Positions 32,986 through 43,496 of a stretch of 64,000 bases of DNA are shown in pieces. The notes under the pieces are model-generated. The model worked only from the letters and a program-made list of their open reading frames with translations, had not been told where the DNA came from and made no database searches. Numbering within the stretch: position 1 is the stretch's first letter; each line of letters begins with the position of its first letter. Both the position numbers and the translations under genes were made by a program. The DNA is from Thermodesulfobacteriota bacterium (GTDB lineage: Bacteria > Desulfobacterota_D > UBA1144 > Nemesobacterales > UBA2774): contig OZ244991.1 of NCBI GenBank assembly GCA_965223335.1, positions 1,728,001 to 1,792,000 on the forward strand. The letters run 5' to 3'.

Positions 32986-33417
32986 ATGTTAAATACATTG
33001 TCGCCAAACCCCGGTGCTAAAAAGAAGCGCAAGAGAGTAGGAAGGGGACCGGGTTGTCACGGCAAGACAAGCGGACGCGGTCACAAGGGCCAAAACTCGA
33101 GATCCGGCGGGAAGGTCTCTCCGTGGTTTGAGGGTGGCCAGACCGAGCTCAAACGCAGAACCCCAAAGAGAGGGTTTACCAATATTAACAAGGTTGTCTA
33201 CGACCTGATTAACCTAAGCGACCTAAACAGGTTTAAGAAGGGCGAGGTCGTATCTATAGATGAGTTAATCACAGAGGGGCTTGCGTCGGGCAAGAACTTG
33301 ATAAAAATCCTAGGCAATGGAGAACTGGAAGTAGAGCTAACCGTAAAGGCCCATGCATTCACAAAATCTGCTGCCAAACAGATAGCAGACAAGGGTGGGA
33401 CGATTGAGATCTTATGA
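32986..33417 (+). CDS. rplO: 50S ribosomal protein L15
   Basis: GKTSGRGHKGQ, FEGGQ, PKRGF. Confidence 0.99.
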   Translation: MLNTLSPNPGAKKKRKRVGRGPGCHGKTSGRGHKGQNSRSGGKVSPWFEGGQTELKRRTPKRGFTNINKVVYDLINLSDLNRFKKGEVVSIDELITEGLASGKNLIKILGNGELEVELTVKAHAFTKSAAKQIADKGGTIEIL

Positions 33418-34733
33418 ACAGAAACGTAGCGTCCATCCCTAGAATCCCCGAATTAAATAAAAGACTGCTGTTCACGGCGTTTATGCTGATCGTCTACAGA
33501 TTCGGGATCTTTGTGCCGATCCCCGGAATCGACCCCGATCAGATACTAAGCTTGTTTGAGCAGACCAAGGGCACTATATTCGACATACTAAACCTGTTTT
33601 CAGGTGGGGCACTAGAGAGGGCTTCGGTCTTTGCACTGGGCGTGATGCCCTATATTACATCTTCTATTATCATGTCGCTTTTGGTAAAGGCTTTTCCCAC
33701 ACTCGAAGCCATGCAAAAAGAGGGTGAAGCGGGGCGGCGCAAGATCAATCAGTACTCTAGATACGGTACGGTTCTTATCTGTGTTGTACAGGGGCTTATG
33801 CTCGCAGTTACCTTGGAAGGCGGGTTCGGCAGCGGTGCGGCTGTAGTGCAGGATCCCGGGTGGGGTTTTAGACTCAATACCGTACTCACACTAACGGCCG
33901 GGTCTTTGTTCATCATGTGGCTTGGCGAGCAGATATCTGAGCGCGGGATCGGAAACGGCATATCGCTTATCATCGCAGCCTCTATCATAGTTGGACTGCC
34001 CGGTGCCGTCTGGGACTTGGTCAGACTTATTAACACTGGGGAAATGAATGTGTTTACATTGACTCTAATAGGTGTACTGCTCCTCGCTATAACAGCGTTT
34101 ATAGTATTTGTAGAAAGGTCCTATAGAAAGATCCCTGTACAGTACCCACGTAGGGTTGTAGGGCGCAAGGTTTATGGAGGGCAGTCTTCACACCTGCCCC
34201 TTAAGACCAATACAGCAGGGGTTATACCACCGATTTTCGCATCATCTCTTTTAATATTCCCGGCTACGGTACTCACGTTCGCCGATGTGCCGTTTTTACA
34301 GAAAATATCCGATATCTTGTTTCAAAATGCCTTTTTCTATAATCTGTTGTTTGCTGTTTTAATAATATTCTTTGCGTATTTCTATACTGCAATCATATAC
34401 AATCCGGACGACCTGGCAGAGAATCTAAGGAAAAACGGCGGGTTCGTCCCGGGGATTAGACCGGGTAAGAGAACCGCAGATCATATTGACAGGATATTAG
34501 GCCGTATCACGTTCATCGGAGCAATTTATGTTGCGGCTGTGTGTGTTATACCTGCTGTTTTAGAGGGAAAGCCGTTTAATCTGCCGTTTTATTTCGGTGG
34601 CACCTCACTATTGATTGTCGTGGGTGTGACGCTCGATTTCGTACAACAGATAGAGTCGTTCTTGATTACTCATAGTTACGAGGGTTTTGTTAAGAAACGG
34701 GGCATGAAAGGGCCTACGAGGTTTAACGTATAG
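33414..34733 (+). CDS. secY: Preprotein translocase subunit SecY
   Basis: SVFALGVMPYITSSII, GIGNGISLII, PGIRPG, GGTSLLIVVGV. Confidence 0.99.
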   Translation: MNRNVASIPRIPELNKRLLFTAFMLIVYRFGIFVPIPGIDPDQILSLFEQTKGTIFDILNLFSGGALERASVFALGVMPYITSSIIMSLLVKAFPTLEAMQKEGEAGRRKINQYSRYGTVLICVVQGLMLAVTLEGGFGSGAAVVQDPGWGFRLNTVLTLTAGSLFIMWLGEQISERGIGNGISLIIAASIIVGLPGAVWDLVRLINTGEMNVFTLTLIGVLLLAITAFIVFVERSYRKIPVQYPRRVVGRKVYGGQSSHLPLKTNTAGVIPPIFASSLLIFPATVLTFADVPFLQKISDILFQNAFFYNLLFAVLIIFFAYFYTAIIYNPDDLAENLRKNGGFVPGIRPGKRTADHIDRILGRITFIGAIYVAAVCVIPAVLEGKPFNLPFYFGGTSLLIVVGVTLDFVQQIESFLITHSYEGFVKKRGMKGPTRFNV

Positions 34734-34755
34734 CATTGGAGAGCGAAAAAAAGAA

Positions 34756-35325
34756 ATGCAATTAATAATATTCGGACCGCCGGGTGCGGGAAAAGGTACA
34801 CAGGCTCAAAACATTGTGGACAATTACGGTACCGATCACCTGTCCACCGGCGATATGCTGCGCGAGGCTGTAAGAAACGGTACTGAGCTGGGTACGTTGG
34901 CCAAGTCCTATATGGACGAAGGCGAGCTTGTTCCCGACGATGTGATAATAGGCATGATCCGGGAAAAGATCACGTCTGAAAATAATTCAAACGGGTTTAT
35001 ACTCGATGGATTCCCAAGGACTATTGCCCAGGCAGATGCACTGTCCGAGATGTTGGATTCCGTCGGCAAAAAGATAGATGTCGTTGTGTCTATAGAGGTG
35101 GATGATAAAGAGATTATAGAAAGGATATTGGAACGCCAAAAGATAGAGGGGCGAGACGACGACACAGAAGAGATAGTGAGGACAAGGCTCGAGGTTTACA
35201 AGAGTCAGACCGAACCGCTTAAATCGTACTACGGTGATAAAGGTGTTTTAAAAGAGGTAGACGGTCTGGGTACGATTGATGATGTGTACGTAAGGATAGA
35301 TAAAATACTTAAGAAATTTACGTAA
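34756..35325 (+). CDS. adk: Adenylate kinase (short-LID type)
   Basis: GPPGAGKGTQ, STGDMLR, LDGFPRT; LID reduced to RQKIEGRDDD. Confidence 0.98.
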   Translation: MQLIIFGPPGAGKGTQAQNIVDNYGTDHLSTGDMLREAVRNGTELGTLAKSYMDEGELVPDDVIIGMIREKITSENNSNGFILDGFPRTIAQADALSEMLDSVGKKIDVVVSIEVDDKEIIERILERQKIEGRDDDTEEIVRTRLEVYKSQTEPLKSYYGDKGVLKEVDGLGTIDDVYVRIDKILKKFT

Positions 35326-36092
35326 TGATACATTTGAAAAGTAAAGAAGAAATAGATAAAATGCGCTCGGCGGCCATGGTTGTTGTAGAGGCTCTGGAAA
35401 AGCTTAAAGAACAGGCTTCTCCCGGTATATCCACTTGGGATTTAGACAAAATGGCAGAGGAGCACGCGCTCAACAAAGGTGCAAAGCCCGCGTTTAAGGG
35501 ATATTCCAATTACCCTGGCTCAGTGTGTTTTGCGGTCAATAACGAGGTAGTCCACGGTATACCGTCCAAAAAAAAGATACTAAAAGACGGCGATATTGTG
35601 GGGATTGATTTCGGTGTCAATCTAAATGGTTACTTTGGCGATTCGGCAATTACCGTAGCAGTGGGTAAAATAACTCCTTTGGCCGAGAAACTGCTTAGCG
35701 TAACGGCAAAGTCGCTGGCCATGGGAATAGAAAAGGCAAGACCTGTTAATAGGCTATACGACATATCACATGCCATACAGAGTCATGTCGAGAACGAGGG
35801 GTTCTCGATAGTAAGGTCGTTTGTGGGGCATGGGATAGGAAAAAAGCTGCACGAGGAGCCTCAGGTGCCCAATTTTGTGCCCGATAACGGGACACGGGCC
35901 AAGGGGATGAAGTTAAGACCGGGGATGGTAATTGCGATTGAACCGATGGTCAATGTGGGTAGACCGGATGTTAAGGTTTTGAGCGACGGTTGGACAGCCG
36001 TTACAGTAGATGGTACTCTATCTGCCCATTTTGAACACACTGTTGCAATTACAGAGGATGGGCCTATGATATTAACGGATGTAAAACATTGA
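35325..36092 (+). CDS. map: Type I methionine aminopeptidase
   Basis: VVHGIP, GHGIG, HEEP, AIEPM, SAHFEHT. Confidence 0.98.
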   Translation: MIHLKSKEEIDKMRSAAMVVVEALEKLKEQASPGISTWDLDKMAEEHALNKGAKPAFKGYSNYPGSVCFAVNNEVVHGIPSKKKILKDGDIVGIDFGVNLNGYFGDSAITVAVGKITPLAEKLLSVTAKSLAMGIEKARPVNRLYDISHAIQSHVENEGFSIVRSFVGHGIGKKLHEEPQVPNFVPDNGTRAKGMKLRPGMVIAIEPMVNVGRPDVKVLSDGWTAVTVDGTLSAHFEHTVAITEDGPMILTDVKH

Positions 36093-36102
36093 ATAATTTG
36101 TG

Positions 36103-36324
36103 ATGGCAAAAGAAGAAAGAATAGAATTTGAAGGTACTGTGTTGGAAGCGTTACCCAATGCTATGTTTAGAGTCGAGGTTGAAGGTGGGCACGAGGTTCT
36201 GGCCTACGTATCGGGGAAAATGAGGACTAGGTTTATAAGGATACTGCCCGGGGATAAAGTCAAGCTTGAGCTTTCTCCCTACGACCTCACTAAGGGCCGC
36301 ATTACTTACAGGCTTAAGAAATGA
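36103..36324 (+). CDS. infA: Translation initiation factor IF-1
   Basis: [29 protein letters not shown]. Confidence 0.99.
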   Translation: MAKEERIEFEGTVLEALPNAMFRVEVEGGHEVLAYVSGKMRTRFIRILPGDKVKLELSPYDLTKGRITYRLKK

Positions 36325-36345
36325 TTTTTTAGGAGTGAATGAACA

Positions 36346-36459
36346 TTGAAGGTTCGAGCATCGGTAAAGAAAATTTGCGATAAGTGCAGGATTATCAAAC
36401 GCAGGGGTACCGTGCGTGTGATTTGCACAAATAAGCGGCATAAGCAAAAGCAGGGCTAG
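36346..36459 (+). CDS. rpmJ: 50S ribosomal protein L36 (not in ORF track)
   Basis: Manual translation from [40 protein letters not shown]. Confidence 0.97.
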   Translation: MKVRASVKKICDKCRIIKRRGTVRVICTNKRHKQKQG

Positions 36460-36471
36460 GAGGACAATATT

Positions 36472-36852
36472 ATGCCTAGAATAGCAGGCGTTGATATTCC
36501 GCTAAACAAGAGAATAGAGATTGGACTTACATATATATATGGGATTGGTAGGCACACATCTGGCCAAATCCTAAGTGAAGCCAACGTCGATCTAAACACC
36601 TATTCCAAGGACCTGACCGACCAAGAGGTGGCTTCCATAAGGGATATTATAGAGAATAAATATATGGTTGAGGGTGACCTCAGAAAAGAGGTCCAGATGA
36701 ATATCAGGCGACTGGTCGAGATCGGTTGCTACAGGGGTGTGAGACATCGTCAGGGGCTTCCGGTCCGCGGTCAAAAGACCAAAGCCAACGCACGAACCAG
36801 AAAAGGCCCACGCGGCACGGCAATAGCGAAAAAGAAAAAGGTAGGTAAATAA
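36472..36852 (+). CDS. rpsM: 30S ribosomal protein S13
   Basis: [31 protein letters not shown]. Confidence 0.99.
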   Translation: MPRIAGVDIPLNKRIEIGLTYIYGIGRHTSGQILSEANVDLNTYSKDLTDQEVASIRDIIENKYMVEGDLRKEVQMNIRRLVEIGCYRGVRHRQGLPVRGQKTKANARTRKGPRGTAIAKKKKVGK

Positions 36853-36872
36853 ACCCGTTTTGGAGTCCAGGT

Positions 36873-37259
36873 ATGGCAACTAAGAAATCTACTAAGAGAA
36901 AGGCAAAGAAGTTCATAGAGCAGGGTGTTGTTAACATCCACGCAACATTTAACAATACACTCATTACTATCAGCGACCCCAAGGGTAATGTAGTTGCCTG
37001 GTCAAGCGGGGGTATGAAGGGGTTTAAAGGTACCAGAAAGGGTACACCGTTTGCAGCGCAAATCGCAGCCGAGGATGCTGCCAAAAAGGCCAGCACATTC
37101 GGCATGAAGAGCGTGTCGGTCTTTGTAAAAGGCCCTGGGCCCGGAAGGGAGCCTGCGATCCGATCGATTCAGGCATCGGGACTGAAAATTACATTTATAC
37201 GCGATATTACACCAATACCACACAACGGGTGTAGACCGCCTGGAAGAAGAAGAGTCTAG
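36873..37259 (+). CDS. rpsK: 30S ribosomal protein S11
   Basis: [23 protein letters not shown]. Confidence 0.99.
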   Translation: MATKKSTKRKAKKFIEQGVVNIHATFNNTLITISDPKGNVVAWSSGGMKGFKGTRKGTPFAAQIAAEDAAKKASTFGMKSVSVFVKGPGPGREPAIRSIQASGLKITFIRDITPIPHNGCRPPGRRRV

Positions 37260-37282
37260 TTAGACGGGAGGAACTTAGTCAA

Positions 37283-37915
37283 GTGGCAAGATATACAGGT
37301 GCTGTATGTAGGTTTTGTAGAAGAGAGGGCATGAAGCTCTATTTAAAGGGCGAGAGGTGCTTCAGCGAGAAGTGCGCTGTAGACCGCCGTCCCGACCAAG
37401 TGCCGGGCGAGCATGGCAAGTTCCGCAGCAGATTCTCCGAGTATGGAATCAGGCTTAGGGAGAAACAGAAGGTAAGGCGTATCTACGGGCTTAACGAGGG
37501 TCAGTTCAGGAAATATTTCGTAAAGGCTTCACGCCTAAAAGGTGTAACCGGTGAACTATTAATCTCGCTACTGGAAAGGCGCCTAGACAATGTTGTTTAC
37601 AGGCTCGGTTTCGCAAGCTCAAGAAAAGAGGCTCGTCAGATGGTTCGCTACGGGCACATCCTTGTAAATGGCCACAGAGTAAACATCCCTTCTTTCCAGA
37701 CCTCTGAGGGTGATGTAATCGAATTAGCGGAAAAAAGCAAAAAGATCGACAGGGTTGCGATGTCACTTGATACCCTTGCTAGGCGAGGCACCCCTGAGTG
37801 GCTTGAGTTGGACAAAGAGAATTACAAAGGAACTATTAAACAACTGCCGGTCAGAGACAACGTAACAGTGCCGATCGAAGAACAGCTCATCGTTGAGTTT
37901 TATTCACGAGTTTAG
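37283..37915 (+). CDS. rpsD: 30S ribosomal protein S4 (N-terminal 4-Cys zinc-type)
   Basis: CRFCRRE...C...[21 protein letters not shown]. Confidence 0.99.
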   Translation: MARYTGAVCRFCRREGMKLYLKGERCFSEKCAVDRRPDQVPGEHGKFRSRFSEYGIRLREKQKVRRIYGLNEGQFRKYFVKASRLKGVTGELLISLLERRLDNVVYRLGFASSRKEARQMVRYGHILVNGHRVNIPSFQTSEGDVIELAEKSKKIDRVAMSLDTLARRGTPEWLELDKENYKGTIKQLPVRDNVTVPIEEQLIVEFYSRV

Positions 37916-37980
37916 TCCCAATAGGGCTTCCGACATTAAATCGTCATCACTGATATTTGTTGTCTATGAATGGAGGGAAC

Positions 37981-39012
37981 ATGGCAAAGGAAATACAAAA
38001 AAACTGGACAGAGATTATAAAACCCAAGAAAATCGAGAAAGATGAGCGCAATGCGTCGAATTTCTATGGGAAGTTCGTCTGTGAACCCCTCGAGCGGGGT
38101 TACGGTGTTACGCTGGGCAATGCTCTTAGACGAGTGCTTCTCTCTTCCATACAGGGACCTGCGGTTACATCAATCAAGGTAGACGGAGTGTTGCACGAGT
38201 TCTCTTCTATCCCCGGAGTAAAAGAGGATGTAACAGAGATTATCCTAAACTTAAAGGGACTGGAGCTCAGCATGCACACCTATGAGCCCCAGGTTATCAC
38301 CATAAGTGCCAAGGGCGAGTGCAACGTTACTGCCGGCGACATTACTACGAACCAGAATATTGAGATACTAAACACCGACCACCATATTGCTTCACTCGCA
38401 GAGGGTGCAGCATTGGAGATGGAGCTAACAGTCGAGATGGGCAGGGGCTACGAACCTGTGGAACGCAGGGGCGAGCTCCAGGGAGTCATAGGCGTAATCC
38501 CTATAGACGCGCTGTTCTCACCTATTAAAAAGGTTAACTATTCCGTGACTAACTCGAGGGTTGGGCGCAGGACCGACTATCAAAAATTAACGATGGAAAT
38601 CTGGACTAACGGTACCATCCTGCCCGAGGATGCATTGGCTTACGCAGCCAAAATCGTTAAGCACCAGCTCACTATCTTTATTAATTTCGATGAGAGCGAG
38701 CTCGACGACCTAGAGGATACCGACGAGAAACAGGATATTAAGGGCACCGAGGAGATACTGTTCAACACAATCGAAGAGATGGATCTTTCGGCCAGGTCGC
38801 TCAACTGCTTACGTAAGGCTGGGGTTGAGTACACGGGGGACTTAGTTCAAAAAACAGAGGAGGACCTGCTCAATCTCGAGAACTTCGGCAAGAGGTCTCT
38901 GTTTGAGATTAAAGAGAGGCTGGTCGAGATGGGTCTTGACCTTGGGTTAAAGATCGACGACGAGGTGTTCCAATCCGAAAAATCCAAGAGGGCAGAGCAA
39001 GTCGCATCATAG
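37981..39012 (+). CDS. rpoA: DNA-directed RNA polymerase subunit alpha
   Basis: EPLERGYGVTLGNALRRVLLSS, LSARSLNCL, NFGKRSL; ATG after GGAGGG (track start 37957). Confidence 0.99.
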   Translation: MAKEIQKNWTEIIKPKKIEKDERNASNFYGKFVCEPLERGYGVTLGNALRRVLLSSIQGPAVTSIKVDGVLHEFSSIPGVKEDVTEIILNLKGLELSMHTYEPQVITISAKGECNVTAGDITTNQNIEILNTDHHIASLAEGAALEMELTVEMGRGYEPVERRGELQGVIGVIPIDALFSPIKKVNYSVTNSRVGRRTDYQKLTMEIWTNGTILPEDALAYAAKIVKHQLTIFINFDESELDDLEDTDEKQDIKGTEEILFNTIEEMDLSARSLNCLRKAGVEYTGDLVQKTEEDLLNLENFGKRSLFEIKERLVEMGLDLGLKIDDEVFQSEKSKRAEQVAS

Positions 39013-39045
39013 GTTTAATTTTTCTATAGATTTGGAGACTTAGAA

Positions 39046-40008
39046 ATGAGACATAAAAGAACAGGCCGCAAATTAGGTGTTCCCACAAAACACAGAAGAG
39101 CTATGCTGCGCAATATGGTGACCGATCTGTTCCGCCACGATAGGATCAAAACCACAGACACTAGGGCCAAGGAGCTAAGGCGGGTTGCAGAGAAATTGAT
39201 CACCCTTGCGAAAGACGGTTCACTTCACAAAAGAAGGCAGGCCGCTTCGTACATCAGGGATAAAGAGATACTACAAAAACTCTTCGGCGATATTGCCGAG
39301 AGGTTTACCAACCGCCCCGGTGGTTACACAAGGATTATAAAGCATGGGTATAGGAGGGGCGATAACACCCCGATCTCCATAATAGAGCTTGTAGAAGCTG
39401 GGTTTAAACCCAAGAAGAAGAAAAAGAAAAAAACTACCAAGGCTAAAGACACCGGTACGGCGAAAAAACCCACGGCCAAGAGCTCTAAGAAGGAATCGGC
39501 CGAGGAGCTTGGCTTGACCGAAGAAACCGAGGTCAAAACAGACGATACGGCAGCCACAGAAAAACCAAAAGCAAAAAAATCAAAGACAAAAGAAAAACCC
39601 GAGGCAAAAGCCGCTGTCGACACCACTGAAAGCGCAGCCGAGGTTAAAGAAGAGAACGAACCGGCACCAGAAGCTGCAGAATCCACTCAGGCCGAAGACG
39701 AATCCCCTGTAGTTGAGACCGAGGCCGAGGCTAAGGACACTCAGGAACCAACCGAGACCACATCTGCGGATGAACCTGCAGCAGAAGCACAAGCCACAAC
39801 CGAGGCAGCAGAAGAACCTGCCGTGGAGGACCCGGAGCCAGAGAGTGCCGATACCAAACCAAGTGTTGAGGTAGAGGCCGAACCAAAAGCAGCTGCTGAT
39901 GAAGTTGCAGAAGATACTGCTCCATCTGAAGACGCAGCTCCGGATACAAGCGAAGAGCCGCCTGCGGATTCAGAAGCTGATGAGCCTGCTGATGAAGGTG
40001 AAAAGTAG
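39046..40008 (+). CDS. rplQ: 50S ribosomal protein L17 with long low-complexity C-terminal extension
   Basis: [19 protein letters not shown] core of about 118 aa, then Lys-rich and E/A/P/T-rich tail to 320 aa. Confidence 0.97.
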   Translation: MRHKRTGRKLGVPTKHRRAMLRNMVTDLFRHDRIKTTDTRAKELRRVAEKLITLAKDGSLHKRRQAASYIRDKEILQKLFGDIAERFTNRPGGYTRIIKHGYRRGDNTPISIIELVEAGFKPKKKKKKKTTKAKDTGTAKKPTAKSSKKESAEELGLTEETEVKTDDTAATEKPKAKKSKTKEKPEAKAAVDTTESAAEVKEENEPAPEAAESTQAEDESPVVETEAEAKDTQEPTETTSADEPAAEAQATTEAAEEPAVEDPEPESADTKPSVEVEAEPKAAADEVAEDTAPSEDAAPDTSEEPPADSEADEPADEGEK

Positions 40009-40048
40009 TATCCAACAAAAAATTTAAACTAGTTTTTTATAAAGATTG

Positions 40049-40075
40049 AAAGGGCGGCTCTAACCGCCCTTTTTT
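40049..40075 (+). terminator. Rho-independent terminator of the ribosomal superoperon
   Basis: AAAGGGCGG-ctctaa-CCGCCCTTT followed by a T-run. Confidence 0.9.
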
Positions 40076-40086
40076 ATTGCTTCCCG

Positions 40087-41100
40087 ATGCAAAAGATTGG
40101 ACTCATACTTGACGGCCATACAATATCCGACATAGTCGATCTAGCCGTGTCGGCTGACACTGCCCGGTTTCACTCAGTCTGGGCAACCGAACTATACCGG
40201 ACCTCATTCCAACAGCTCACCCCATGTGCCCTTCGAACTACAAACATTAAACTCGGCACAGCCGTGTCCTTGGCCTTTGTAAGAAGCCCGCTTATCACGG
40301 CCCTAACAGCGCTTGATCTGGACGAGATCTCCGGGGGCAGGTTGATTCTCGGGCTCGGTTCGGGGGCTAAAGGCACCAATGAGAGATGGCACAGCATCAA
40401 ATTCAGCCACCCCGTAAAGAGGATAAAAGAGTGCGTCAATATAATCAGGCAGATCACCTTAAATTTACATACCTGCAACGATATTGAGTTCGAGGGTGAT
40501 TTTTACAAAATCAATACCAGGGGCTACAAAAGGGCATTTGAGCCTCTTAGGGACGAGATCCCTATCTACCTTGCGGGTATAGGCGAGAAGATGACCAGAG
40601 CCTCGGGTGAGGTTGCTGAGGGCTATTTGGGCCATGTAGTGTGTTCATTGAGGTATCTGCGACAAGTCGTCTCTAAAAACATCGAGATAGGACGCGAAGC
40701 ATCTAATAGAGAAAACGAAGAGTTTACACGAGCATCGATTATGACTTGTGCTGTGTCCGATAATATAAGTGATGCCATGCACGCCGCAAGGTCGACTATA
40801 GCGTTTTATGCCACCGTACGTAATTACGAGCCGCCGTTTAAACTCCACGGATTTTTAGGTGAGGTGCAAGCGGTGCGCGATGCGTTTAAGAAAGGTGATG
40901 TGAAAAAAATGATAGAGTCCGTTACGGACGATATGGTAAACACCTTTGCCATTGTGGGCACTAAGGACCAGTGCATAAAGAAGGTAAATGAGTACAGAGA
41001 GGTAATCGACCTACCGATTTTGAGCGCCCCTCATTATTACCTGGATTTCGAACAGGTAAAAACCTATCAACAGGCCATAATTGACACGTTTGGCCAGTAA
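40087..41100 (+). CDS. LLM-class flavin (FMN or F420)-dependent oxidoreductase
   Basis: WATE, IKLGTAV, LDEISGGRLILGLGSG, IPIYLAG. Confidence 0.88.
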   Translation: MQKIGLILDGHTISDIVDLAVSADTARFHSVWATELYRTSFQQLTPCALRTTNIKLGTAVSLAFVRSPLITALTALDLDEISGGRLILGLGSGAKGTNERWHSIKFSHPVKRIKECVNIIRQITLNLHTCNDIEFEGDFYKINTRGYKRAFEPLRDEIPIYLAGIGEKMTRASGEVAEGYLGHVVCSLRYLRQVVSKNIEIGREASNRENEEFTRASIMTCAVSDNISDAMHAARSTIAFYATVRNYEPPFKLHGFLGEVQAVRDAFKKGDVKKMIESVTDDMVNTFAIVGTKDQCIKKVNEYREVIDLPILSAPHYYLDFEQVKTYQQAIIDTFGQ

Positions 41101-41212
41101 GATTACCCACGTCACTAGCACGGGATTGCTGGATGTACCTCACTTTGTCACTAAGCGTTACTATCATATTTACTTTCCTAACAACCTGGTTGTGATATCC
41201 TAAAAACTGAAA

Positions 41213-42115
41213 ATGAAAGTACTCGTGTCAGGATCAAGTGGGCTCGTAGGGTCGGCTCTCGTGTCGGAGCTGGGTGCCGAGGGACACACTGTATCCAGGT
41301 TGGTTAGGAGTCGAAGCGGTACGGCCCCTGACAGGATTTTCTGGGACCCGGCAAAGTGGGTTTTGGATCCCGCTGATTTAGAGGGGTACGATGCGATTAT
41401 ACATCTCTCGGGTGAGAATATTGCTGGGAGATGGACACGGGAAAAGAAACTCAGAATTGAACAAAGCAGGGTTGAGAGCACGCGTTTGCTCTCAGAGGCT
41501 ATCATAAGCCTCAAACAGCCTCCCAAGGTATTTCTTTCAGCATCAGCCATCGGTTATTACGGCAACAGAGACGATGAGATCCTTACCGAAGACAGTGTGG
41601 CCGGTGAGGGCTTTTTAGCGGATCTAAGTTGCAGGTGGGAAGATGCCGCTAAACCTCCCAGTTACGCGGGGATTAGAGTAGTTAATCTCCGTATAGGGGT
41701 GGTGCTTAGCTCCAGGGGTGGGGCACTCGAGAAAATGCTGCTGCCCTTTAAGCTTGGGCTTGGGGGCCGGGTCGGCGACGGCGAGCAGTACTGGAGCTGG
41801 ATTGCGATGGATGACCTCATAGGTGCAATATTGTTTGCATTAACCAACGACGAGATTTCGGGCCCGGTCAACTTGGTCTCTCCCAACCCGGTTACAAACA
41901 GCGAATTTACACGTGTGCTTGGCAAGGTCTTAAACCGCCCCACCGTAATACCGCTGCCCTCGATAATAGCCAGGGCTGCTTTTGGGGAAATGGCCGATGA
42001 AGCACTGCTTGCGAGTGTGAGGGTTGTTCCTCAAAAACTATTAGAAAAAGGGTTCGAATTTCAATATACTGATCTAGAGGCAATATTTTACGAGATACTG
42101 AATGAGGGTGATTGA
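41213..42115 (+). CDS. TIGR01777-like NAD-dependent epimerase/oxidoreductase (YfcH-like)
   Basis: SGSSGLVGS, IHLSGENI, SASAIGYYG, GGRVGDGEQYWSWI. Confidence 0.9.
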   Translation: MKVLVSGSSGLVGSALVSELGAEGHTVSRLVRSRSGTAPDRIFWDPAKWVLDPADLEGYDAIIHLSGENIAGRWTREKKLRIEQSRVESTRLLSEAIISLKQPPKVFLSASAIGYYGNRDDEILTEDSVAGEGFLADLSCRWEDAAKPPSYAGIRVVNLRIGVVLSSRGGALEKMLLPFKLGLGGRVGDGEQYWSWIAMDDLIGAILFALTNDEISGPVNLVSPNPVTNSEFTRVLGKVLNRPTVIPLPSIIARAAFGEMADEALLASVRVVPQKLLEKGFEFQYTDLEAIFYEILNEGD

Positions 42116-42757
42116 ATGACATCAGAACAATCGGGCGACAAGCAGTTTGGTCTTTATGAGTTATTGGAAAGCGATGTAGAAAAATCCCCAATTGCCCAAT
42201 TCGATATTTGGTTCAAGGCAGCTTGCGAGACCGATATTATCCACCCAAACGCGTTTGCTCTGTCTACATCTACCAAAGAGGGAATACCGTCTTCAAGAAT
42301 GCTGTTGCTAAAGGATTTTGACGAAGAGGGCTTTGTTTTTTACAGCAACTGCGAGAGCAAAAAGGGTGGAGAGCTTACAGAGAATAACCATTCCGCTATA
42401 TGTTTTTGGTGGGGCAAGCTCGAGAGACAGGTACGTATTCAGGGCACCGTTACAAGAGTTGCGGACCAAGAGGCCGATGAGTACTTTCACACCAGGCCCA
42501 GAGGTAGTCAGATCGGTGCTTGGGCATCTGCGCAGAGCACTGTAATCCCCGACCGTAAGGTCCTTGACCTCAAGTACTCGGAGATCGAGGAAAAATACAA
42601 GGACATGGAAATCCCGCGCCCACCCTATTGGATAGGCTATCGTCTGAGTCCTTTATCAATTGAGTTCTGGCAGGGCAGGTTAAACAGACTCCACGATAGA
42701 CTGCGCTATACTAAGTCCGGCGACGGTGATTGGGTCATTGAACGGCTCGCACCATAA
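42116..42757 (+). CDS. pdxH: Pyridoxamine 5'-phosphate oxidase
   Basis: SRMLLLK, RQVRIQG, RPRGSQIGAWAS, EFWQGRLNRLHDR, ERLAP. Confidence 0.97.
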   Translation: MTSEQSGDKQFGLYELLESDVEKSPIAQFDIWFKAACETDIIHPNAFALSTSTKEGIPSSRMLLLKDFDEEGFVFYSNCESKKGGELTENNHSAICFWWGKLERQVRIQGTVTRVADQEADEYFHTRPRGSQIGAWASAQSTVIPDRKVLDLKYSEIEEKYKDMEIPRPPYWIGYRLSPLSIEFWQGRLNRLHDRLRYTKSGDGDWVIERLAP

Positions 42758-42768
42758 ACAGTAGTTGT

Positions 42769-43452
42769 TCACTTAGCATCTTTTGTGCCAACGTATAATA
42801 TAACCGCACCCATCATAAATTCTGTAAACTCTGTGTTTACGAACCCGGCCTCGCTCATAAGATCTGCGAAATCTTTACCCTGGGGGAATTCCGAGGTCGA
42901 TTCCGAGAGATACCTGTACTCTTTTTTGGTGCCGAATATCCCGCCCACCGTGGGCAATACATTCTTAAAATAGAGCAAGTAGATCGGAGCAAAGAGTCTC
43001 TGTGTTGGGATCGCAAACTCTAGTATACAAGCACTACCCCCGGGCTCAAGCACCCTGTTCATCTCTTTAAGCGAAACTAGAGGGTCAACTGTGTTCCTAA
43101 TACCGAACGCAATGGTAATTGCCCCAAACGATCGGCTAGTGAACGGAAGGCTCTCTGCAACTCCCTCCACCAGTGAAATCCTGGGTTCGTTAATAGAGCG
43201 GATCTTCTCTTTTGCAAGCACCAGCATTTCTCTACTCGGGTCAAGACCGACAATCGTGGTTCTGTCGGGTGATTTAGCCAGTTCGATCGCAACCTCTGCG
43301 GTGCCTGTGGCGATGTCGAGTATGACTTTAGAGGCGCCTGTGCTCTCACTCAGTTTTTTCCTCCAATAACTGTCCATCCCAAAGCTAAATAGCGTGTTTA
43401 GGGTGTCGTAGTGCTTCGCAACTCTGTTAAATAGGGAGACTGTGTCGGGCAT
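42769..43452 (-). CDS. ubiE: Ubiquinone/menaquinone biosynthesis C-methyltransferase (UbiE/MenG)
   Basis: FNRVAKHYDTLN, LDIATGT, AFGIRN, YRYLSES. Confidence 0.92.
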   Translation of the reverse strand: MPDTVSLFNRVAKHYDTLNTLFSFGMDSYWRKKLSESTGASKVILDIATGTAEVAIELAKSPDRTTIVGLDPSREMLVLAKEKIRSINEPRISLVEGVAESLPFTSRSFGAITIAFGIRNTVDPLVSLKEMNRVLEPGGSACILEFAIPTQRLFAPIYLLYFKNVLPTVGGIFGTKKEYRYLSESTSEFPQGKDFADLMSEAGFVNTEFTEFMMGAVILYVGTKDAK

Positions 43453-43496
43453 GGTATGATTAGCCTTAGTGTCCGGGCTTATGTATAGAGAATATA

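Noticed and set aside
39540..40008. Repeat array or separate gene in the L17 tail
   Set aside because: Low-complexity coding sequence in frame with rplQ; no exact repeat unit, spacer structure or internal stop
20501..40018. Many minus-strand ORFs over the ribosomal operon (e.g. 21572-22174, 23698-24273, 32394-32909)
   Set aside because: Antisense shadows of conserved genes with no recognisable motifs
41101..41212. Short GTCACTA-like direct repeats in the LLM-TIGR01777 spacer
   Set aside because: Only 7-8 bp, irregularly spaced, compatible with chance
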